From Nitrospinaceae bacterium (GTDB lineage: Bacteria; Nitrospinota; Nitrospinia; Nitrospinales; Nitrospinaceae), in assembly GCA_965223665.1 (NCBI GenBank), contig OZ245011.1, positions 3,552,001 to 3,616,000 on the forward strand: 64,000 nucleotides of DNA. Reading direction: 5' to 3'. This document shows, in pieces, positions 56,739 to 64,000 of the stretch. The notes beneath the pieces are model-generated. The model was not told the DNA's origin. It saw nothing but the letters and a program-made list of their open reading frames with translations, and did no database searches. The translations under genes and the position numbers were made by a program. Numbering within the stretch: position 1 is the stretch's first letter; the number at the start of each line of letters is the position of its first letter.

Positions 56739-57150
56739 ACGGTAGTCAAAGGGTCCTCGGCATCTCTTCTAATTTTAAAAGCTATTTTTTAATTTTGTTA
56801 GAATAATCGAGAAACCCTGATTTGTTTTAAAATAACTAAACTGTATTTAAAGTTTGGGACTTTGAAATTCAAACGCCGCCTATTTTTTTCAGCAAAATAT
56901 TCCCCAAAAATTTATGAGATTAAGAACGAAGGATATTTTGAGAAGAAGTTCTTATTGATATTTATAGAAAAAACTGATCAAGAACGAATATTTTTATTTA
57001 GAATAACGGATGTGGTGTATTTCAATGGTCAGTAGACTTATTTAACGGCCTTAATTTCTGGAATTTTGGTAATAATTAATACCTTTCCAATGTTTGTATA
57101 ATTATGATAGTTTAAAATAAGAAGATATTATTTAGGTTTCGCTATGGTGG

Positions 57151-57678
57151 GTGGACGGTTTAAATGAGGGCCTTATGAGGCGAACTGCTCCTTTGTTTCT
57201 ATGTGGAATTTTTCTAATTTTATCAGTGGTGTATAACCAGCCACTTCTGGCTGAAGGCTTTCCACAATTGGACCGTCTACCCGATGCCACAAGTAATTTA
57301 ATTCCTAAAGAACCTGGTTGGAAAGATCCCACTTATCGGGGTTGGGAGTTAGTCAGTATTCCAGGACTGATATCTACTTATTATGATTTAAATTTAGATG
57401 GCAAATTAGATTATCAGGTAATTCGAAAAATAATACGCAAGGCTTCTAATGAAGAATTAAGCATTAAGGAAGCAGTAAAAATAGCTAAATTTGACGATTT
57501 AGCAATTTATGTTTCTTATCCGGTAATTTATTTTACAAATAAGAATCCTCTTTTTTATTGTAAGGGTTTAGATTTCCGGAAAAACTGTAACCACATCTGG
57601 ATTGATATTGCAGAGGATGGCCTAAATGGCAATGAAACGTTATATACTTTATCCCGGCCTCGCCCTTTTGTCCGATAA
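57151..57678 (+). CDS. Exported hypothetical protein with a DxNxDG motif (start may be ATG 57175)
   Basis: Signal peptide MRRTAPLF...LLA; YDLNLDGKLD. Confidence 0.6.
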   Translation: MDGLNEGLMRRTAPLFLCGIFLILSVVYNQPLLAEGFPQLDRLPDATSNLIPKEPGWKDPTYRGWELVSIPGLISTYYDLNLDGKLDYQVIRKIIRKASNEELSIKEAVKIAKFDDLAIYVSYPVIYFTNKNPLFYCKGLDFRKNCNHIWIDIAEDGLNGNETLYTLSRPRPFVR

Positions 57679-59254
57679 AAAACCAATAATCTGGACATTC
57701 CAATTAATTATAATCTTTTGCGGATTCCTGGGATTCGTGGCAACCAATGGTTTTGCGCATTCTAATGAGGAATCAGTATTTAAAGAAGAAGCGACCTCTC
57801 AGGAAAATCATTCCGGACACAGTCATGGAAGTAGAGGAATCTCAAAAAACATAGGTGCAACCGTTTACAAGCATATGTGTGTCTTTTGTCATGGAGAAGA
57901 CGGTAATGGCGGGGGTAAGGCCATGGCTTATTTATATCCCTGGCCGCGAGATTTTCGAAAAGGAGTTTTTAAACATCGGTCCACTCCTTCTGGTTCACTC
58001 CCTTTAGATGAAGATATTATACGAACCATAGCTCGTGGAATTCCAGGAACTGCTATGCCTGCATGGGAAGGGGCTTTGACTGAAGATGAGATGGCTTCAG
58101 TGGTGAGTTATTTAAAAAGCTTCTCAAATCGGTTTGAAACAGAAAAACCAAAAAAACCCGTTGTTCCGGGTACACCTCCTTCTACCACAGATGATGCGAT
58201 TAAACATGGTGAGCAAATTTATAAAGAAATGCGTTGCGCCCGTTGTCATGGTACTGATTTAAAGGGAAGTGGCCCTATGGCTGGCAATCTTTACGATATT
58301 TGGGATCATCGGGCATTTGTCTATGATCTAACTAACCCAAATACCATAAAGTTTGGTTATGCTAAACAAGATATTTATATGACTCTTTCTACAGGCTTAG
58401 ATGGGACTCCTATGAAAGCCTATAGTCATTTGACCGATGAAGAAAGATGGGATCTTGCCACCTATGTGCATTCCAAAATAAAAATTGAAGAATTTCAAGA
58501 AGCAAAATATGAAACTGATTTGTATTCTAAAAAAGTGGATGCAGATGTAAAGATTGAACCTGATGATCCCATTTGGGCGGATGCGCCTAGTCAAAACGTT
58601 CAATTAATTGCTCTTAATGCTCGTAAACAGCAAATCAATCGAATAAAGTTTCAATCGTTGATTAACGATAAAAAAATATTTGTTCGTGTAGAATGGGACG
58701 ATCCTACCCCTAATAAATCTTCCAGCCGCCATCAGGATTTTAAAGATGCTGTTGCTTTGGAGTTTGCCCTTGGAGATGTTCTTCTCCATACCCATGGTCA
58801 CAATGAACCTTTTTTTGGAATGGGGAACCGTGCGAAACCCGTAAATATTTGGCAATGGCGGGCCGATTGGCAACAGGAAATAGAAACGAAAAAAGAATTA
58901 GAATATGCCACTAAAGGAATGGATATGGATGTGATGATTTTTGGTGGCGAAGTCAATCCGGTGGAATCTTTAAACCCTTTCCGAGAGGTTCCTATTGAAG
59001 AGCTCAACGCCGAAGGCTTTGGAACCCTGACTCCCCAACCTAAAACCAAGCAGAATATTACTGGAAAAGGTGTTTGGAAGGATGGCAAATGGAGCGTGGT
59101 TTTTGAAAGATCAATAAAGTCTCTCAATAAATGGGATGTGAAACTTTCCCAAAAACAACCCATATTGATCGCATTTGCGGTTTGGGATGGTGCCCACCAA
59201 GATCGGAATGGCCGAAAAATGGTTTCTATGTGGCAAAGACTTAATTTGCCTTGA
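57626..59254 (+). CDS. Diheme cytochrome c fused to an ethylbenzene-dehydrogenase gamma-type (DMSO reductase type II) heme b domain; NxrC-like candidate
   Basis: CVFCH and CARCH with distal Met residues (GTAMP, GTPMK); C-terminal EW.D.T, F.DAVALEF, PFFGMG, VNIWQW.A, W.VVF.R and AFAVWDG...RNGRK. Confidence 0.85.
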   Translation: MAMKRYILYPGLALLSDKKPIIWTFQLIIIFCGFLGFVATNGFAHSNEESVFKEEATSQENHSGHSHGSRGISKNIGATVYKHMCVFCHGEDGNGGGKAMAYLYPWPRDFRKGVFKHRSTPSGSLPLDEDIIRTIARGIPGTAMPAWEGALTEDEMASVVSYLKSFSNRFETEKPKKPVVPGTPPSTTDDAIKHGEQIYKEMRCARCHGTDLKGSGPMAGNLYDIWDHRAFVYDLTNPNTIKFGYAKQDIYMTLSTGLDGTPMKAYSHLTDEERWDLATYVHSKIKIEEFQEAKYETDLYSKKVDADVKIEPDDPIWADAPSQNVQLIALNARKQQINRIKFQSLINDKKIFVRVEWDDPTPNKSSSRHQDFKDAVALEFALGDVLLHTHGHNEPFFGMGNRAKPVNIWQWRADWQQEIETKKELEYATKGMDMDVMIFGGEVNPVESLNPFREVPIEELNAEGFGTLTPQPKTKQNITGKGVWKDGKWSVVFERSIKSLNKWDVKLSQKQPILIAFAVWDGAHQDRNGRKMVSMWQRLNLP

Positions 59255-59397
59255 TCCTTCCCTTTTAATAAGATACGGTATAGAATCAAATTCACAATTT
59301 AAGAATTTCTGGCAATGATGTTTTGAAGTTGAAAGAATTTAAAAATATTGTTTGCTAGATGGTATTGAATATTTTGATTGTTTGGGAGGTCCCTTAA

Positions 59398-60921
59398 ATG
59401 GCTCAAGACCAGTTCGAAAATGAAGACGAGATCATTAAGAATGAAGAAGCACTTGAAGTTGCTGAAAACGATGATCTTGAAGAAGAAATAGAAGAAGATG
59501 CTCTCACTGCAGAAGAAATGGATGAGGTGGATGAGGTTGAGGTGCAGGAAGAAGAACCTGAAGTGGGTGCGATAATGGTTCTAGGGCAAGGTGATTTTTC
59601 TATGCGGGAATCTAATAGAGGGGCGGATGACCCTGGAGATAATACTTTAAGCGAGCCACAATTTGTAACTCGTTTCGGTGATATGGTTTTTGTTTCTGAT
59701 CGTGGAAACCATAGAGTTTTGGTTTGGAATAGTCTTCCAGAAGAATTGGGAGAGCCTGCAAGTATAGTTCTTGGCCAAGAAGATTTTTCGGATTGTTTGG
59801 AGAATAGAGGGATTACTACCACACTGGATGAAATGACATCGGGCCTAGGAGATGAAAACCTGGAAGGTTTTACAATTAGTAAGCCTGAAGAAGATACCCT
59901 GGCTCAGCCTGCAGGAATCGAAGTGATAGATGGAAAGCTTTATGTTTCTGACAGTGGTAATCATCGAGTGTTACGTTGGAATGGATTACCTTCTGATGAT
60001 GGGGAAGAGCCGGGCTTGGTTTTAGGACAGGATAACCTGGAATGTGGTGAAGCTAATCGTCGCGGATTTGTAGGATCTGGTTCTTTATTTTTTCCGTTTG
60101 CTGTTCGTTCCGGAAATGATCAACATGTATTTGTCGCGGATAAAGACAATCATCGAATTTTGATTTGGAATAAAATTCCATTCAATAATGGATGGAATGC
60201 AGACGTTTGTTTAGGACAGGCTGGTTTTGATGAAAGAGAACCAAACCGTGGAGATTTTGATCATGTCACACCGGAAACTTTAAGTTTTCCCACCGGTGTA
60301 TTTTTTGATCCTGAAACAGAAAAAATATTTGCGGTCGATCAGGGAAACAATCGAGTGTTAATTTGGAATAAAATTCCCTCTAATAATGGTGCTCCAGCGG
60401 ATTTGGTTTTAGGGCAACCTGATTTTTATAGTAGGGAGGTAAATGCAGGATTGGGTGAAAAGCGTACCTCTGCAGAAGGAATGTATTTTCCCACCGATGT
60501 TGTTTTTGGTCGTAAAGGACTATTTGTTTCAGACACAGGCAACAGCCGTATATTAGTATGGAAAGAATTTCCTACTGAAAACGGCCAACCTGCTGATTTG
60601 GTTATAGGTCAGGTTAATTTTACAGAGACCAAATTCAATCGTGGTGGTGATTGTACACATGCGACTCTTAATGATCCTTATGGAATGTATTTAGAAGAAG
60701 ATCCAGAAGATGAAGAGGATCCTGGAAAACTCTATATTTGTGATCGGGGCAATTCGCGAGTAGTGGTTTGGCAGGACCTACCAGAACCAAAAGTAGAAGA
60801 GGATGATGTAGAGGAAGGTCAAGAGGTAGAAGATCCCGAACTTCTTATGGGATCCGATGACGACTTTATGGATGACTTTGAAGACGAAGAAGAGGAAGAA
60901 ACTCCGAAAGAAATTGCCTAA
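59398..60921 (+). CDS. Six-blade NHL repeat protein with highly acidic termini
   Basis: GGGAGG SD; six D..N.RVL.W blades linked by P..NG.PADLVLGQ.DF; D/E-rich N- and C-terminal tails. Confidence 0.85.
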   Translation: MAQDQFENEDEIIKNEEALEVAENDDLEEEIEEDALTAEEMDEVDEVEVQEEEPEVGAIMVLGQGDFSMRESNRGADDPGDNTLSEPQFVTRFGDMVFVSDRGNHRVLVWNSLPEELGEPASIVLGQEDFSDCLENRGITTTLDEMTSGLGDENLEGFTISKPEEDTLAQPAGIEVIDGKLYVSDSGNHRVLRWNGLPSDDGEEPGLVLGQDNLECGEANRRGFVGSGSLFFPFAVRSGNDQHVFVADKDNHRILIWNKIPFNNGWNADVCLGQAGFDEREPNRGDFDHVTPETLSFPTGVFFDPETEKIFAVDQGNNRVLIWNKIPSNNGAPADLVLGQPDFYSREVNAGLGEKRTSAEGMYFPTDVVFGRKGLFVSDTGNSRILVWKEFPTENGQPADLVIGQVNFTETKFNRGGDCTHATLNDPYGMYLEEDPEDEEDPGKLYICDRGNSRVVVWQDLPEPKVEEDDVEEGQEVEDPELLMGSDDDFMDDFEDEEEEETPKEIA

Positions 60922-60994
60922 AGTTGAATATAGCTAATTTAAATTAGTTTCGTCTTCGTCGCTATTCTTTGTTAAAATTTTTGCACTTTATAAG

Positions 60995-62014
60995 TTAAAT
61001 GCAATAGGGAGGAATTCCTTCCTCCACCCAACCCCCGGCTTGGTTATTTTGCAGATTATGCCGATTTTTTGCGATTCCAGACGCAATTATTTTTCGTGAT
61101 TCCTCAAAGCAGGCTGTTATTTTTTCCGGTGAATCCTTTAATAAATTACCAAAAGTGGGAACGCATTTGAGGTTGCCTACATCACAACAGGGTGTCATAT
61201 TTCCATTTTGTTGTACCGTCAATATATCAATCGATCCGCGAGCGGCCACACATTCTAATAAATAAGGATCGTTCGGAAACGGGTTCGATGTTAATGCCCG
61301 ATGACCGGCTTCATCCATTTTAAATGCAGGAAGAAGGTTAATACCAAAAATAAAGCCATTAGATTGTGCGAAAGCACCCGTATCTCCCATCCGCTGTGTA
61401 TATTGGTTTTCTCGGCAATCAGGTGAATCTTTAATCAAACCTATTATATTGGAATGATATTTCTTTAAGAGAGATAATACTTCAGCGTAACGGTTTCCTA
61501 ATTCTTGAAAACATTCAATTAGAATTTCCAATTGGGTTTTTAAATCCTCTATTGATTCAAAAACTACATTAACCAGCATTCTATTTTGCAGTTCAAGCAA
61601 TTTTATAAATAATGGTTTTTGACTTTTCTCCCATGCTTTAGGGTATAAAGTAATATCCACTCGTCCCTTTAGTTTTATTATTTCCAATAATCGTTTCCAT
61701 CTTGGTGAGTTCTCAGAAGAAATCTCAAGATTAGTATGAATGCAGACATTAGGGCTGATCTTTTGGAAAGCTTTAAATACGTTCACAATTTCAGGATTAA
61801 ATGTGGCTTCTCCCCCTGTCAGATTGATTTCTTGCGTGGCCAATTGTAAAAGTACGTCAACTTGTGAAATCTTTTCTGCCATGGTTTGGGCTTGTTCTGA
61901 GGTGATGTGCCAATCTGATTTTGGCATTTGAGTGAGGGGTTCAAAAACGTGGCAATAAAGGCATTCATCCCGCTCGTATCGATTGCAACTGGCTTCGACA
62001 AATATGCTGAGCAT
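60995..62014 (-). CDS. Radical SAM protein with non-canonical CX7CX2C motif and SPASM/twitch-like C-terminus
   Basis: CNRYERDECLYC, NLTGGEA, IHTN and C....TV..NGNMTPCCD...FGNL. Confidence 0.75.
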   Translation of the reverse strand: MLSIFVEASCNRYERDECLYCHVFEPLTQMPKSDWHITSEQAQTMAEKISQVDVLLQLATQEINLTGGEATFNPEIVNVFKAFQKISPNVCIHTNLEISSENSPRWKRLLEIIKLKGRVDITLYPKAWEKSQKPLFIKLLELQNRMLVNVVFESIEDLKTQLEILIECFQELGNRYAEVLSLLKKYHSNIIGLIKDSPDCRENQYTQRMGDTGAFAQSNGFIFGINLLPAFKMDEAGHRALTSNPFPNDPYLLECVAARGSIDILTVQQNGNMTPCCDVGNLKCVPTFGNLLKDSPEKITACFEESRKIIASGIAKNRHNLQNNQAGGWVEEGIPPYCI

Positions 62015-62099
62015 AGCCCAATAAGTGGTTGAAATTTAAATAATAGGTACTTGCGAATATACTAACATATTTCATAATGAGGCTGGAATTATCTACCAA

Positions 62100-63479
62100 T
62101 TATTGTAGGTTCATATAGCCAAATTGAATGGGAGAGGATGGGGTAAAGAAGGCTTGAGTTAAGTCTTTTTCGCGATATCCCAATTTTCGAAGGGGTTTTA
62201 ATGCCGAAAACACTTCCTCTTTAGTAACATAGGCTACTGTATCGGGGACACCTCGAGGACTGAGTTTTTCTGTAAGCTGCTTAATTAGTTTTCTGGGTTT
62301 CTTCGGAGTTCCTGGCATAGGAGGAAATACCATTTTTTGCAAATAAGGGTTTTTATAAATAGTATTTAACGCATGCAAAGTTTGCAACATGAGGATGTCC
62401 ACATCCCAAGGATCCAATCGAGTAATATTGGGGTGGTTTTGAACTAAATCGACAGCGCTTACTATTTTTTCCCCTAAGTATTTTTCAACAAAAGTTTGCT
62501 GTGATTCAAAGTGAATTTTATTGAAACCAACTTCTCCAGCTATTTCTGCAAGCAAGGGAAAGTTGACCATCGACGTATATTGACCACCATAAATCTTAAA
62601 ATATGGCCGGCCCACCTGGTTTAAATAATCAAGAGAAAGCATCCCGTAATCGAAGGAGCTGTAACCCTGGTTTTTCAAAATTAATAATTCTTTGGCCCAT
62701 TTTATGGTGTTAAAAGCTCCAACATTTATAGGTGTGGGTATTTCCTCTTCAATGTTTTCTAAATGACGGGAGATAGTCTTTGCAAAAGGCCAATCGGTAA
62801 TATCCACCCTTTGAAAGGTCCGCTCCCAATAAATTTGATCTAAAAATGGTGGGAGATTTTTTAAATACTCTAAATTTTTTGAGGAAAACATTTCTACAAA
62901 TTTTTCCCAATCAATATCAAATGGTTTGGGATCTATTAGCGGTTGAATATATTCCTCATATAGGAAACCTTGGTTTTTTAGCAGCACTTTAGTTGCCAGG
63001 TCATCCCAAATTTCATTAGAAATAATTTTAGATATTGAATTTGTCTTGAACCCTTTAAAATTCTCAGCATGAAGGCGGACGGTTTTAAATCGCTCTTTAT
63101 GAGCTTCAAGGTTTGGATTCGAATGGACACCCTTAATTATTTCATCGGAATAATCACAAAGGAGATACAAGACTCTAGGGTAAATATTGTTTTCAATATC
63201 CAACTCCTTTAAATGAGATAAAAACCGTGCCGCCAAATTACCATTACCTACGCCCCATTCCATAATATAAACGGGAGTGGTCTCAGTTTTATCTGCATTT
63301 TGAAAAAAATCATCGGCTAAGGTGTGTGCTAGACGATGGTCTAAGCTGACATAGGTTTGGAAATGATTGTGAATTTCAGGACCTTTAATTCCATAAAAGA
63401 TATCATTGACATGAGTTTGCCATTCGTCGGTGGGTAAAAAATCCCCTAAGGGCAACAATTGATTTTGGGGATATTTCAT
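62100..63479 (-). CDS. MidA/NDUFAF7-like SAM-dependent methyltransferase
   Basis: HFQT, IMEWGVGNGNLA, IISNEIWDDL, FDYG, YTS.VNF..L and Q..F. Confidence 0.75.
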   Translation of the reverse strand: MKYPQNQLLPLGDFLPTDEWQTHVNDIFYGIKGPEIHNHFQTYVSLDHRLAHTLADDFFQNADKTETTPVYIMEWGVGNGNLAARFLSHLKELDIENNIYPRVLYLLCDYSDEIIKGVHSNPNLEAHKERFKTVRLHAENFKGFKTNSISKIISNEIWDDLATKVLLKNQGFLYEEYIQPLIDPKPFDIDWEKFVEMFSSKNLEYLKNLPPFLDQIYWERTFQRVDITDWPFAKTISRHLENIEEEIPTPINVGAFNTIKWAKELLILKNQGYSSFDYGMLSLDYLNQVGRPYFKIYGGQYTSMVNFPLLAEIAGEVGFNKIHFESQQTFVEKYLGEKIVSAVDLVQNHPNITRLDPWDVDILMLQTLHALNTIYKNPYLQKMVFPPMPGTPKKPRKLIKQLTEKLSPRGVPDTVAYVTKEEVFSALKPLRKLGYREKDLTQAFFTPSSPIQFGYMNLQ

Positions 63480-63503
63480 TCTTTGTTGGAAGAGGACTCT
63501 GTA

Positions 63504-64000
63504 TTAACTATCCCCAATGGTTTTTCCTGAAGTCGAGACTCCACCTGGAATTCCTGCATGATCAGTTTTAGATTGAGAGGAAGGAGCTTTCGACAACTCA
63601 TTGTAAGTTTCAAATGCTTTAGCAGCGTCTTCATGCCGCCCAATGTCTTTGTAGCAATTATAAAGATTTAACCAGGCACTTGAATCCCCTGGGTTCAAAG
63701 ATGTAGCTTTCTTAAATTCTTTAATAGCAGACTCTACCTTACCCAATGAAGCATATAGACTCCCTAAATTGGTATGGGGTAAGGAAAACTCAGGTTCGAT
63801 TTCATTAGCTTTTTTGAATGCCTCGATGGCTTCTTCCACCATGTTTTTCCCGGCGAAAGCGCTTCCCAGGTTACACCAGGCTTGAGGATCTTTTTCATCC
63901 AATTCCACAACACATTGAGCGCAGGTCAGGGATTCATCAAATTGACCATCTCGAAAATAAGCGTTTCCCAGCGCGGCTCGCAATTCCTTATTTTCAGGAT
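63504..64000 (-). CDS. TPR repeat protein, 5'-truncated by the window edge
   Basis: Four TPR motifs (LGNAYF..G, AWCNLG, HTNLG.LY, AWLNL); the frame stays open to the window end. Confidence 0.85.
   Translation of the reverse strand, partial: PENKELRAALGNAYFRDGQFDESLTCAQCVVELDEKDPQAWCNLGSAFAGKNMVEEAIEAFKKANEIEPEFSLPHTNLGSLYASLGKVESAIKEFKKATSLNPGDSSAWLNLYNCYKDIGRHEDAAKAFETYNELSKAPSSQSKTDHAGIPGGVSTSGKTIGDS

Noticed and set aside
56860-57040. Short TTG-started ORF and a repeated AAGAACGAA in the 56738-57151 gap (possible phnE remnant or LexA-like sites)
   Set aside because: No permease-like hydrophobic sequence, no SD, and the GAAC/GTTC spacing does not fit a LexA box.
60934-60947. Palindrome CTAATTTAAATTAG between convergent genes (also GACTAATTAGTC at 24135-24146)
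   Set aside because: AT-rich with no loop; plausible by chance.
1-64000. CRISPR arrays, tRNA/rRNA, IS elements, integrases, reverse transcriptases, selenocysteine read-through
   Set aside because: I saw no repeat-spacer periodicity, cloverleafs or mobile-element ORFs, and the TGA-ending ORFs other than the prfB leader appear complete. A small RNA could still be missed by eye.

Overview
AT-rich bacterial chromosomal segment, densely coding. I found no rRNA, tRNA, CRISPR array, transposase or prophage genes. The gene content points by inference to a Nitrospinota-like nitrite oxidiser: copper nitrite reductase nirK, MobB-MobA and MoeA, an alginate-export-type porin, a DUF3365 cytochrome, a diheme-c/EbdC-like heme-b protein, mqnC and hpnA. 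Housekeeping genes include mqnC, cobA-hemD, rsmA, pdxA, pckA, prfB (with its programmed +1 frameshift), yajQ and four PPIases. The most interesting items: (1) A nirK module with a sigma54 activator carrying a C-x8-C-x3-C PAS motif, a 12-bp perfect inverted repeat upstream of the activator, and related sites plus a -24/-12-like element upstream of nirK. (2) A glycosylation operon (GT-C, GT4, B12 radical SAM, GT2) in which three enzymes end in a related TPR module. It carries sigma28-like promoters and is followed by a double NHL-propeller protein. (3) A GT4 gene split at a T9 tract. (4) A TPR / MidA-like methyltransferase / CX7CX2C radical SAM cluster facing a very acidic NHL protein. (5) A GIY-YIG gene, apparently CTG-initiated, that the ORF track missed. 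All family calls come from motif reading and recall, not from database searches.
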